DNA of 64,000 nucleotides. Source: Octopus vulgaris (Eukaryota). Positions 37,437-50,576 of the stretch are shown in pieces. Each line of letters opens with the position of its first letter. Positions within the stretch are counted from its first letter, which is position 1. The position numbers were made by a program, and so were the translations under genes. The notes under the pieces are model-generated. The model was given only the letters and a program-made list of their open reading frames with translations. It ran no database searches and had not been told where the DNA came from. Where the stretch lies: positions 47,368,001-47,432,000 of the forward strand of contig OX597814.1 in NCBI GenBank assembly GCA_951406725.2. The letters run 5' to 3'.

Positions 37437-39237
37437 TATCTCTCTCTCTACAAAATTTAACTTTAGGCTGCCTCAAGCCGTAATCCCATCTCTTCCCATC
37501 TTTCCGCCAATTCAACTTACTTTCTTCTTCAATTTCAACTCCTGGTCGATGCCCGCAGCAAGTTCTTAAAAATTTATCTTACTCTTTTATTTGTTGTTAC
37601 TACGTTTATTCATACACTGTTACGAAAATTTAACCTTTTTTAGGCTACTTTCAAGCCTTCGCCATAACTTGATTTATCTTTCCTATCTCTCTCTCTACAA
37701 AATTTAACTTTAGGCTGCCTCAAGCCGTAATCCCATCTCTTCCCATCTTTCCGCCAATTCAACTTACTTTCTTCTTCAATTTCAACTCCTGGTCGATGCC
37801 CGCAGCAAGTTCTTAAAAATTTATCTTACTCTTTTATTTGTTGTTACTACGTTTATTCATACACTGTTACGAAAATTTAACCTTTTTTAGGCTACTTTCA
37901 AGCCTTCGCCATAACTTGATTTATCTTTCCTATCTCTCTCTCTACAAAATTTAACTTTAGGCTGCCTCAAGCCGTAATCCCATCTCTTCCCATCTTTCCG
38001 CCAATTCAACTTACTTTCTTCTTCAATTTCAACTCCTGGTCGATGCCCGCAGCAAGTTCTTAAAAATTTATCTTACTCTTTTATTTGTTGTTACTACGTT
38101 TATTCATACACTGTTACGAAAATTTAACCTTTTTTAGGCTACTTTCAAGCCTTCGCCATAACTTGATTTATCTTTCCTATCTCTCTCTCTACAAAATTTA
38201 ACTTTAGGCTGCCTCAAGCCGTAATCCCATCTCTTCCCATCTTTCCGCCAATTCAACTTACTTTCTTCTTCAATTTCAACTCCTGGTCGATGCCCGCAGC
38301 AAGTTCTTAAAAATTTATCTTACTCTTTTATTTGTTGTTACTACGTTTATTCATACACTGTTACGAAAATTTAACCTTTTTTAGGCTACTTTCAAGCCTT
38401 CGCCATAACTTGATTTATCTTTCCTATCTCTCTCTCTACAAAATTTAACTTTAGGCTGCCTCAAGCCGTAATCCCATCTCTTCCCATCTTTCCGCCAATT
38501 CAACTTACTTTCTTCTTCAATTTCAACTCCTGGTCGATGCCCGCAGCAAGTTCTTAAAAATTTATCTTACTCTTTTATTTGTTGTTACTACGTTTATTCA
38601 TACACTGTTACGAAAATTTAACCTTTTTTAGGCTACTTTCAAGCCTTCGCCATAACTTGATTTATCTTTCCTATCTCTCTCTCTACAAAATTTAACTTTA
38701 GGCTGCCTCAAGCCGTAATCCCATCTCTTCCCATCTTTCCGCCAATTCAACTTACTTTCTTCTTCAATTTCAACTCCTGGTCGATGCCCGCAGCAAGTTC
38801 TTAAAAATTTATCTTACTCTTTTATTTGTTGTTACTACGTTTATTCATACACTGTTACGAAAATTTAACCTTTTTAGGCTACTTTCAAGCCTTCGCCATA
38901 ACTTGATTTATCTTTCCTATCTCTCTCTCTACAAAATTTAACTTTAGGCTGCCTCAAGCCGTAATCCCATCTCTTCCCATCTTTCCGCCAATTCAACTTA
39001 CTTTCTTCTTCAATTTCAACTCCTGGTCGATGCCCGCAGCAAGTTCTTAAAAATTTATCTTACTCTTTTATTTGTTGTTACTACGTTTATTCATACACTG
39101 TTACGAAAATTTAACCTTTTTTAGGCTACTTTCAAGCCTTCGCCATAACTTGATTTATCTTTCCTATCTCTCTCTCTACAAAATTTAACTTTAGGCTGCC
39201 TCAAGCCGTAATCCCATCTCTTCCCATCTTTCCGCCA
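37437..39237 (+). repeat. Tandem array, ~7.3 near-identical 247-bp monomers
   Basis: ACAAAATTTAAC at 37450, 37697, 37944, 38191, 38438, 38685, 38931 and 39178. The only difference I found is a 1-bp T-tract deletion. Confidence 0.97.
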
Positions 39238-39729
39238 GTGGCGGTGCGCCCGCCCCCCACCCCCACCACCAATACCGATGAACATTGTTCTCACCCCCAC
39301 CACCAATACCGGTGAACACTGTTCTCACCGCCACCACCAATACCAGTATACCCAGTTCTCACCATCTACACCGGATACGCCTTACTCATCTACACCGGGT
39401 ACGCCCTACTCCCTCCTCCCCCACTACCCCTTCTCCTCATATGCTTTCACTGTGAAAAGACAAGCTGCTAGCGCCATAGCTCATCAACTGCCCTGCTAGC
39501 GCCATAGCTCATCAACTGCCCACCGATCTTACGCTTCCTCCTGACACTGCCTCATTCCGACCATCCCCTTTAGTACCCTCCCGCCTCGTAATATCCTACG
39601 TTTTTATTTCTTAGGAACCTACACCAACCCTTCCTGCCATCGTTCCTCCTTACCCCAACCTTCCCACTGGTTGCTCCCCTATATTACCCGCCTCAACTGG
39701 ACCCCCCCTCCCCTCCCCAACTCAACTCT

Positions 39730-40118
39730 AGAATATCTGCTGTGACTACAAAGACCCGGGCTGCTTTCTGCAGCAATTCCACATACCCCCTACCCATTCT
39801 AAGTACCCCGGATCCCCAAAGTACCCTGGATCCCCAAAGTACCCCGGACCTCGTTGCCCCCGTGCCGCTGACACGTTAAAATGCTCGAACCGATCGTGAC
39901 GATGCCGGACCCTCCGGCCCCTGTGCAGGTGGCACGTAAAAAGCACCCAATCCACTCACGGAGTGGTTGGCGTTAGGAAGGGCATCCAGCCGTAGAAACT
40001 CTGCCAGATTCAGACTGGAGCCTGGTGCGGCCCCTGGCTTCCCAGACCCGGTCAAACCGTCCAACCCGTGCTAGCGCGGAAAGCGGACGTTAAACGATGA
40101 TGATGATGATGATGATGA
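39730..40118 (+). mobile_element. Young RTE 3' end (CpG-rich)
   Basis: GCTGTGACTACAAAGACCCGG (ORF end), modules, then GGTTGGCGTTAGGAAGGGCATCCAGCCGTAG..GGACGTTAAAC(GAT)n. Confidence 0.9.
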
Positions 40119-40129
40119 TATATATATAT

Positions 40130-40370
40130 ATGATGGACTCTCCCATTGTTAGACGACATATGAGGGTTCGACAGTTTCTTAGCGAACAACCACACAGATG
40201 ATTTGTTTATTGCGATCAAATGTTTGTATAGACTCCCTCCATCAGATCAACATTACCTGTACAGTTGCAATGGGTGTCACATGTCAGATATCGAAATGAT
40301 TGCAGAGCAAAGTGCTTTGCTCAAGAATACAACACAATGCCTGGTCTGGGAATCGAACCCACAATCTCAC
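40130..40370 (-). mobile_element. SINE fragment
   Basis: TTTGCTCAAG..GGGAATCGAACCC (B box GGTTCGATTCC on minus). Confidence 0.65.
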
Positions 40371-41145
40371 AATATGTGTGTGTGTGTGTGTACATATATA
40401 TGTTAGGAGTTTAACACAGTAAACTATAGCAATCTCAGATATCACTAGTTATTTGTTGGGTGACCTTTAATTTGTACGTTTGTATATGTCCCCATGTGTT
40501 TATGTGTATAATTCAGTCAGCCAAAACTAAACTAGCTGAAGCTATCAGTTTCATCAGATGTGAGAGCACTTTATATGAGCAAAGAAAAACATACAACCAT
40601 TAGGGCTTCTCTCCTAGATTACCAGGATATTTGGCTAAAAATACAATGTAGAATTCCCAGTGTTGTGTTGTATTTCCCATAATTCCTGATCCTATTTCAA
40701 AAACCAATTACATATTGCAAAACTCTTAAAGTACTCAGGTGGTTCAACGAGTGGTCTTTTCTTAATATCAATGCAATGTTTATTCATAATTACATTTTCT
40801 TAGAAACTAGTACAATTGAAGTAGATGAAACTCCTTTGAAAATGATTGACTGAAAGGAAATAAATAGCCTTCTTCATGGAAAAACAAACTCAAAATGTAG
40901 AAGAAATAAATTCTGTACTAGTTGCTATCTTTACATGAATACAATTGTTAAAAATGCTTTTATTGGGAATCTTTTTGCAGAAGTTTGGTGTACCAAAAAC
41001 AAAAAAAAAGTTCTCATTTAATGCTGATAATTCAGATAATTCACTGTCCATATGACTTTAAAAAAATTTAATTTGTAATTAGTGAAATAATGACTAAAAG
41101 AAAAGTGAACTCTGAGAAAGTCAGTATTTCTATGGAATATACATC

Positions 41146-41548
41146 TTTACTCTTTTACTTGTTTCAGTCATTTGACTGTGGCCATGCTGGAGCACCACCT
41201 TTTAGTTGAGCAAATCGACCCCAGGACTTATTCTTTGTAAGCCTAGTACTTATTCTATCGGTCTCTTTTGCCGAACCGCTAAGTTACGGGGATGTAAGCA
41301 CACCAGCATCGGTTATCAAGCGATGTTGGGGTGACAAACACAGACACAAACACACACACACACACATATATATATACATATATACTACAGGCTTCTTTCA
41401 GTTTCCGTCTACCAAATCCACTCACAAGGCTTTGGTCGGCCCGAGGCTATAGAAGAAGACACTTGCCCAAGGTGCCACGCAGTGGAACTGAACCCGGAAC
41501 CATGTTGTTCGTAAGCAAGCTACTTACCACACAGCCACTCCTACGCCT
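41146..41548 (-). mobile_element. Full-length tRNA-derived SINE (most abundant family in this window)
   Basis: Minus head AGGCGTAGGAGTGGCTGTGTGGTAAG (A box)..GGGTTCAGTTCC (B box)..CCTTGGGCAAGTGTCTTC, internal (TG)/(TA) tract, GTAAAAGAGTAAA tail. Confidence 0.92.
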
Positions 41549-42380
41549 TTGTGTAATTTACATATTTACATTTAAATGTAAACACTCAGAATTTACAGAT
41601 GAGTGCTCATATAAAGAATCATCAAAATTTTCAGATATTTTCCTGCTGAAAAAAGCTATTGAACTTTTACAGGCACACCTTTCTCAATGTAATCTCGATT
41701 TGAAAAAAAAATACACTTTAGTTGTAACTGGTGCCTTAGATGAATTTGGTAAGGATACAAATGCCAAATAGATTATATACATGGAACTTGTTTGTCTATT
41801 TGTGATGTTCTTTAAATTTGACTAAGAATCCTTACAACCACAACATCAAGTTTGAATGTGCATTGGAGGAGGATTAAAATGTAATTTTTCTATTATAAAT
41901 GTGGTTAATAATTTTGTTGATTCTGCAGTAAATTGAACTTTGAATAGGCTACCTATTGCAGAAAATTCCAGCCCTTCTAATAAAGAAAATATAAGCATTG
42001 GCAAATGTCATTAAAAAGAAGTGAGAGAAATTGCCAATTCATTTCAAGGTCTCCAACTAAAAATTAAATATTTAGTAAATATGCTAACCCTAGCAGCATA
42101 CTTTTGCCATGTTTCCAGAGTTCCCTTTGAAGTGACCCCCAGACTAACACATGGGACAGTCTCATACAACCACTTACAAAACTATAATTTTCCCAGCTTA
42201 TTTCATTCTATTGCCCTTCATTGCTGCAGAGGTAAATTATGTAGAACCCGACTATGGCTCTACTGCAGGTGTGAGAGTATACAAATGACAATCCTTCTTG
42301 AATGCAAATGTGATTATCTGAGTGACTGGTGAAGTAAAGTTACACAAGAAAATTATATATATGGGTATGTGTGCATGCAT

Positions 42381-42381
42381 G

Positions 42382-42417
<36 letters not shown>

Positions 42418-42855
42418 TGTTTAACGTCCACTTTCCATGCTGGCATGGGTTGGATGGTTTGACTGAGGACTGGCGAACCAGTGGCTGCACCAGACTACAA
42501 TCTGATCTGGCAGAGTTTCTACAGCTGGATGCCCTTCCTAACGCCAACCACTCCAAGAGTGTAGTGGGTGCTTTTACATGCCACCGGCATGAGGGCCAGT
42601 CAGGCGGTACTGGCAACCACCACACTCACATGGTGTTTTCTATGTGCCACCTGCACAGGAGCCAGTCCAGCGGTACTGGCAATGACCTCGCTCAAATGTT
42701 TTTTCACGTGTCACCAGCACAAGTGCCAGTAAGGCGACACAGGTAACAATCACGCTCGAATGGGTTTTTTTTTACATGCCATTGGCACAGAGGCCAACTT
42801 GTTGCTCTGCCAACGATCTTGCTCGTATGGTACTCTTAGACCTCCACTAGCACAG
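42381..42855 (-). mobile_element. RTE 3'UTR copy with ~5 diverged modules
   Basis: (CAT)n tail, GGATGCCCTTCCTAACGCCAACC, and repeated GCCAGT..ACTGGC stems. Confidence 0.88.
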
Positions 42856-43579
42856 ACATTTTTTGTCACTTGATAAAAATATGTATTTTGATTGGCATAT
42901 ACTTCATGAGATTTAACCTAACACTGGTTTTGATTGTGATTACTTTTGGATGAAGCTTTTAAATAACAATAACTGATAACATTAAGCAAGATATATTCCA
43001 CTGTCCTCGAATGTCTCTAATCTAAACAATTGATTGAGGATTCAGGCATATCTTTTGTCTAATGAAGCTGATAGCTTAAGCCAGTTTTGTTATGGCTAAC
43101 CAAATTGAATAATTTATACTTTACTTTTAGTATTAAGTACTTTTCTTCCAGTCATTGCTGTTTAGTGTGTGTGTGTATTTGTATGTCTATGTGTAAAGGT
43201 GGTGCCACAGTATGACTATAATCAAATGACTAAAGCAAGTAAAAGATGAAAGGTGTATGTATGTTTGTTTGTATGTATGAGTGACACAATCACAAAATCA
43301 ATAATCAAGACATATTAAAGACTTTTTTTTTTACACATGTGTCTTTATTTTATTATGTGTCTTCATTGTTGATTTAATATTATTTTATTAATTTTAATGT
43401 GAGTCACTTTTATTGATTTCTGATTGCACCATTCTTTGTATAGAAAATTCTATGCTATGCTTCAAATATATGTAAATATATTTCTGCTTTGCATAGTGTA
43501 TTGAGCACTCATCAATATGATATGTTGGACTAAATGTCAATTTACTTTGTTAAATATTTAATGTGTGTATGTGTATACA

Positions 43580-43790
43580 GGTAGAGGCACGTGGCTTAGT
43601 GGTTAGGGTGTCAGCATCAAGATCGTGGTATCTTGAGCGAAACACTTCATTTCACGTTGCTCCAGTCCACTCAGCTGGCAAAAATGAGTAACGCTGCGAT
43701 GGACTGGCGTCCCGTCCAGCTGGGGAATACACATACCATTGAAACCGGGAAACCTGGCCCATGAACCTGGGTAAGCTTTAAAAGGGCACA
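43580..43790 (+). mobile_element. SINE (second family), internally deleted
   Basis: GAGGCACGTGGCTTAGTGGTTAG..CCACTCAGCTGGCAAAAATGAG. Confidence 0.75.
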
Positions 43791-44015
43791 TTTTTTTTTT
43801 TTTTTTATGTGTATACAGACTGAATACCCAAGCAAAAACAGAATGCCCAAGCAAAACATGGTCCTCTGACCCATTTCAGATGGCAATAACTAACTCTGAA
43901 TAACAATTGTCTCAGATTGCAAATGACACAACCAACTCCTGCCAGCAGAGAAAAGTCAAAGTAAGACAATTTTGGTGATCTTATGCAAGGGACACTGCTT
44001 AATATAAACATGACT

Positions 44016-44342
44016 ATCTGGCACTCCGTCGGTTATGACAACGAGGGTTCCAGTTGATTTGATCAATGGAACAGCCTGCTTGTGAAATTAACGTGCAAGT
44101 GGCTGAGCGCTCCACAGACACATGTACCCTTAATGCAGTTCTCAGGAAAATTCAGCATGACACAGAATGTGACAAGCTTGGCCCTTTGAATTACAGGTGC
44201 AACTCACTTTTGCCAGCTGAGTAGACTGGAGCAACATGAAATAAAGCGTCTTGCTCAAGGACATAATGCACTGCCACATATCGACTTCATGACCTTACAA
44301 TCATGAACCAAATATGATAACCCCCAAACCACATGCCTTTAC
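44016..44342 (-). mobile_element. SINE (second family)
   Basis: Colinear with 18233-18545. Confidence 0.82.
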
Positions 44343-44759
44343 GTAACCATGGTTATTATTTTCGAAATGAGTAGATCCCAAACACTCAGGCAAATGCTTT
44401 ATGTCATTAGGCAGTTGTTGGTATCTAAAAGGCTTCATCCCAAATGAATCACAATAATAAAACAGCTATTATCATCATCATCATCATCTTCATCATTAAT
44501 TAATGTCTGTTTTTCCTTGCTAGCATGGGTTGGACAGTTTGTCAGGAGTTGGTAAGCCAGAGGACTGTACCAAGCTCTACTGTCTACTTTGATATTATGC
44601 CCTTCCTAACACCAACTGCTTTACAGAGTGTACTAGGTGTTTTTTATGAGGCACTGGTACCAGTGAGGTCACCAAGTAACTTGCAAGACAGCGGCCTCTC
44701 AGCTGAGAAGGGGAGTGGTATTAAAGGAGATGGCTTTGTGCCAGGTGAAGAGAGGTTAA

Positions 44760-44979
44760 CCCTTTTGTTACCAACCCGGTTGAAACTGGCTCTGACTCTG
44801 AGTACAAATGTCTTGTTTCCATAAGTCTTGAATTAAAATCTTCCACCAAACCTTAGTCACAATTTATGTTCCTAACACTAGCTTAATGATATCTAAGTTA
44901 TTTTACTAAATTCTTTGTTATATTTAAAGTAACTGAAAGAAACACAGAGCATCTCAAAATAAATACAGTAATGAAAGGG
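44760..44979 (-). mobile_element. piggyBac-type MITE inserted in an old RTE-tail element (44470-45200)
   Basis: TTAA|CCCTTTTGTTACC...GTAATGAAAGGG|TTAA, reverse complement of 16953-17172. An older relative lies at 45991-46199. Confidence 0.9.
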
Positions 44980-47900
44980 TTAAACTATAATAGAGGGACA
45001 GAAACAGGTGTATTGTTGTAGAGGAAGTGCATGGTTACCTCAGTCGAAGAGAGAGAGTGAGAGAGAAGATGGTGGTGAATATGTGCCAGGATATACCCTT
45101 AAGGTACGAGGATTGCAAATGAACAATACCACTTATACAACAGTGACACTTTTTTGCAATTACCACACAATGTCAAGACAAGGATGTATGAAAATATACA
45201 CCTGTGTACATATATGCATACATATTATATACATACATATTACAGGCTTCTTCCAGTTTCCTTCTATGAAATTCATTCACAGGGCTTTGGTCAGCCTAAG
45301 GTTATAGTAAAAGACATTTCCTCAAAGTGTCATGTTGTGGAACTGAACCCACAATCATGTGATTGGGAAGTGAGCTTCTTAACCACACAACCATATCTGT
45401 GTGTGTGTGTGTTGTTGTTGTTGTTGTTGTTGTTTGAGATCATATGTCTTGATTATAATTTTTGTAAGACTTTTTGATTAGAAAGTGTATAGAATTTTAT
45501 CATCAAAGCAATCCATTTACATTTCATCATTAAAATCCTGTATTGTTACTAGTTTGATAGATCATTGTTTATAGATGTGAACAAGGAGATGGTGGTGATG
45601 GCGATGGCAGTGGTTGTCCATCTTCTATTGTATCAGTATGTTTCACTCTCTGAATAAAATACATCTCCTTTCTAATTCAAAATGATCTACTTGGTTATAA
45701 TATACTTTCAGTGGATTATTGTATACACACTTGCTTTGCAAAGTAGTCTGGCATTTAGCATAAAGCAGATTGAAGACTAAATTTAGAATCAAATCTCGCT
45801 ACACATTGGCAAAAGCATAAACATTTTCATTAATGCAACCAGTTTATAATCTGCTAGGATTAATAAATTTAAACATCTGAGCAAGCCAACAAACATTAGT
45901 AAAGCTGATTCTAACATAATATAGTGACCCAATGGATTTCAATAAATTGAAATGACACTTGCAGTGAAGAGAGAAAATTCTATAGCTTAACTCTTTTGTT
46001 AGCATATTTCCATTGAAATACATTGCCTTTGTTTTAATTAATTTTGAAAATAATGGACACTTTAATGAAATATTATTAAGCTGACATCTGGAACATAAAT
46101 TAACATGAAATTTTGATGGAAAGATTTAATTTATCTTTAAAGAAGGAAATGGTTATCATAAAATTAGGGGCCATCTCAGGTAGATTGGGCTCAAAAGTGT
46201 TAATGGTTAATTCTGGTCAGTAGGCAGGTAACACACCCCAGAATTTAAATCAATTTAAACAAGAATACAGTTTATTGCCTGAGTTTTTTAAATGTTTCCA
46301 AACAACCTTCCTTCTACAGCACTTCATGCAACTGTGTTTCTAGGTTAAGTTCCTCAGCACTTGTAGGTATTAAGCAGATTTGATTTCCAGATGAGGTCTT
46401 TAAAAGTTTCTTTCTAAGCAACTTTAGTTGGATAATTGTTATTAAATCCCAATCAAGTAAATTTTCAGAGCAGCTAGAGAATTCTAAATGGGACTCTTTT
46501 TGAGAATTTCACTATTGACATAATTTTCTACTGTTCTATTGGAAAATCTGATGTTATTTCTGTGTATTTGATTGAATACCAAATCATCAACATACCCTTG
46601 CTTTTTTTTTTTTTTTTTTTCTTGTTTGGTAGGGAATGTTTCACTGTAGCCATGCTTCTTAAAGATATATCATATAAGCCAATAAGGGAGATCCTAAGCA
46701 GTCATTCAATATGCTAGCAGCTAAATCTATCTCAAATTACATTCTACCACTTTTTTTTTATAAGGGAAAGACAATGTATTCCTAGATATCAAATAATAAT
46801 AATAATAATAATAAATGCCTTGATGCAGTACCAGGCAGTGATTCTCATGACTTCTGATCTTAACTGATTTGAAGTGTTATCATGTACATTGTTTTATTTT
46901 AGTATAAAAGATGGGCTACAGCAAATATTCTGCTCAATACCACAGATTTGCTTGACCTTAACCACTTGAGCATGTCCCTTAGTGACTAACAATACATGCA
47001 TCTCTGATCCTTGTCCTTTACTAACTTTACTAACCTTGTCCTTTACTAACTTTCCTAAAATTCTCTCAAGCATTTGTTCCTTCTGTCTGAAATCTCTGTA
47101 TTTGTCTCCCTCTCCAGTGCATCCTCTTTGGCCATTTTTTCAGTTACTACAATTCTGCTGACACTATGCCAGCAATTAAGGTAATATCTGATTGTCTTAG
47201 CCTAGTATTTATGTAACCTGATTATTTCAGTTCTTTGAAACTGTCCTTGAAGAACCTGAAATTTCTCTTCTGTTCATCTCTTTGTCTTACCATACTTGAA
47301 ATAATTTCAATAGCTGTTTTCACTTGGAGAAGGTGAGAATCTACTTTCTCATTCACTTTATTCAACAGTGCCTCATTGTAAAACTTATTGTTATTATATA
47401 CATATATATATATAATATATATAATATATATAACTGATTCACTGGGTCACTACACTTCTGGTGACAACAGTGACAAGGCACTATCACCAATTTTATGGCT
47501 TCTGTCATATATTTATATTCTCTGCTAATATTGTTGAAACACACATGCACACACATATATGATAGGCTTCCACTCATGAGGTATTGGTTAACCTGGAATT
47601 AGAGTTCAGACTTTTGCTCAAGGTACTGTACAGTGGGACCAAACCTGGACAGAAGTAGTGGGGGAGTATCATAGCCATATGTTGAGAGGAATTCTTTGGG
47701 TTTTGAATAATTTACCTCTGGAAACATGAGTGTTTCATTCAACATCCTTAAACAACCCTTATTCAGGGATCTTTTGAGTGGGATAGGCTACTTGGCCTGA
47801 AGAAAATTCTAACTGGGCCCCACCTGCATGGTCATGCATTATTTATCTTGATATGAGATCTCCATGTCATGCACATATGTTTGTGATGCATGTGCCTCGT

Positions 47901-48554
47901 GTACCCTTATCAAACAGGTAGTCATGATGGGTTTACTGGGCTTCATATATTTGTACCCCAGTGTCACCTTGATGGCCTGCACTACTCTCTCACTCAGTAT
48001 TAATAATAATCCTTTCTACTATAGATACAAGGCCTGAAATTTCAGGGGAGAGGACTAGTCAGTTGGATCGACCCCAATGCTTGACTTTTTTATCAACCCC
48101 AAAAGGACGAAAGGCAAAGTTGACTTCAGCATAATAATAATAATGATGATGATGATGATAACAGAAAACAGGATAGTTACTTGATTAGCTCTGCCCTGGA
48201 GCTAGCTAAATGCTAAACAGCAGCACATGACTATTACATCTCATTTGATTAGTATTGATTTTCAACTTTGGTGTAAACTCACTGATTTAGAGGGGAAGAA
48301 ACAATTAATAATCAAATCTTTGCCATTTTCAGTTCTTAACTGATACTTATTTTATTGACCTCAGGAGAGTGAAAGACAGAGACAGATTCATCAGGATTCA
48401 AACTGAGTTGTAAATGAATGCATCTAAATACAAGACATTGTGTCCTTTGTGTGACTGATTCTGCCATTCCACCAGTCTGCCCTTTGCATGACTGATTCTA
48501 CAATTCCACGGGTATCTGTACTTTTAGAGCTGACAATTGACAATATTTGTCTTT

Positions 48555-49350
48555 TGCTTATTTCAGTCATTGGACTTCAGCCATGCTTGGGCACTGCTTT
48601 GAAGGATTTACTTATAAAAAAACCTAACACAGTACTTCTTTTTTTGTTATTTTTCTACCAGTCTCTTTTTTAGAACTGCTAAGTTATGGGGACATATACA
48701 AACCAACACTGGTTGTCAAGTGGTGGTAGAGGGGTCAGATACACGCACACAGATATACATACATATATAAATATAAATCAATATGTAATTGTAAGATCCA
48801 ATGATCTAAGTGTAGGAAGTTTGTAAACTTCGAGCAATCCATGGTAGGTATAAAAAACAACATTCAGGAAGAATAGTAATTTATTGCCAAGTGTTGTAGG
48901 CTTTTCCCATATCAAAGTTTGATAAGCTGAAAAAGTATTTTTTAGAGCTTAAGGTTAGCAACTTCAGTTGCTATGGATGCGAATAAAAATCCAAATTGTG
49001 GGAGTGGAGCAGGTAAAATTTAGACTACATATGTTTTCTAATTTACTAGCTAGCAGGTCTTCTGATGTAATAATTACTCAAAGGGTATTTTCTCATGAAG
49101 GTTAGATTATTTTTAAAGAAATCACAAGGTGACTTGCCGAAGATATAATATATATATATATATGCACACACACACACAATGGGCTTCCACACAGTTTCTG
49201 TCCCCAAATTCATGTACAAGGCGTTGGTCAGTCCTCAGCCCAGGGCTATAGTAGAAGACGCTTTCCTAAGGTGCCAGATGGTAGGACTGAACCTGAAACC
49301 ATGTGATTGCAAAGCAAGCTTTTTAATCACACAGCAATGTAAGCATATTG
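48555..49350 (-). mobile_element. SINE (41146 family) split by a probable PLE fragment (~48775-49145) in its TA tract
   Basis: Tail half at 48555-48760 and head half at 49175-49350. The unrelated insert is flanked by (TA)n. Confidence 0.7.
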
Positions 49351-50129
49351 CAGTAGTTCTGACAATACTTAGATATAAATGTTTTTTTTCTGTGACTAAT
49401 AATTATTTTTGAGTATATCAAATCTATACAGAGGTCATTCTTATTCAAAACAGGTTTTGCCGCTTAGGTCAATCCTGATCGAGCAGAACTAAAACTAAAG
49501 AAATCCAGCTATGACCATCCCATCTTTTATTTTTTATAAGCATACTATATGTAGGACTCTCTACATCATCATATCCATAATATCTTCCAAAATGATTTGG
49601 TATGATTTTAATGAGATTTAGCTGCTATTTTTAGCAGGTCAAGCAACTATATAGAGGCTTCCCATTTGTTCTTGTGGAAGGTGATATTTCTGGTTTTCCT
49701 CTAAAACAACTCAGAAAGAGAATTTAAAATATATACACATGTATTCATGTCTCCATCAATTTTGATGTACCCATTGTGCATAACCAAATTGAATAATAGG
49801 TGAGTTACTGTTAACAAAATTAATGCATGAAGCATTAAAAATTAACATACACACGTGTGTGTGTGCGCACGCGTGTGCACATGCATGTGTACATGTATAT
49901 ATGTGTGCATGTATATATATGCCATGATGAATCTAAGGTGTAAGGAGTAGACAACCACGATATATATTTATATTTTTATATATATAAAACAGAGTCATTA
50001 GAGCACCAGATAGAATGTATTGGTGTATTTGTTCTAATCCTCAGCTTTCTTAGTTCAAATCTCACTGAGGCTAGCTTTGCTTTTCAGCCTTTTGTGGCTG
50101 ACAAAAAAAGCACCAGTGTATCCTAGTAC

Positions 50130-50232
<103 letters not shown>

Positions 50233-50462
50233 CCCTCCCTATATCACCTATTATATGTTCTGGTGTGTCACAGGTGGAACAGTCAAGAGTGTCTGTGTCT
50301 GCTCATGGTTACCTGGACACTTCAAACCAGTTGTGAAAACATGGTACATGCTGATATCGAGTAGTCCTTGATTACAAGTGATGGCCATATTCTCTTTTAT
50401 CTCTTTTACTTGTTTCAGTCATTTGACTGTGACCATGCTGGAACACTGCCTTTAATTTGTGA

Positions 50463-50575
50463 TGCTTACAGTACCTAGGTTTCCCAAGCAGTCACCCATC
50501 TAAGTACTAACTAGGCTCAACATTGCTTAACTTTGGTGATCGGTTGAGAACTGGTGCTTTCAACGTAATATGGCC
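50463..50575 (-). pseudogene. 5S rRNA pseudogene (missing ~6 nt at the 5' end)
   Basis: Reverse complement GGCCATATTACGTTGAAAGCACCAGTTCTCAACCGATCACCAAAGTTAAGCAATGTTGAGCCTAGTTAGTACTTAGATGGGTGACTGCTTGGGAAACCTAGGTACTGTAAGCA matches the metazoan 5S consensus with CpG decay. Confidence 0.92.
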
Positions 50576-50576
50576 A

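Noticed and set aside
41480-41548. tRNA gene
   Set aside because: The A and B boxes belong to a SINE head. There is no cloverleaf and the sequence continues into the SINE body.
40480-42010. Bel/Pao LTR retrotransposon gag-protease relic (LVVTGALDEFGKDT, RLPIAENSSP)
   Set aside because: Similarity is too weak and fragmented to support without a profile search. No LTRs seen.
50463-50575. Functional 5S rRNA gene
   Set aside because: 5'-truncated, many CpG-decay substitutions in stems, solitary, and no clear oligo-T terminator.
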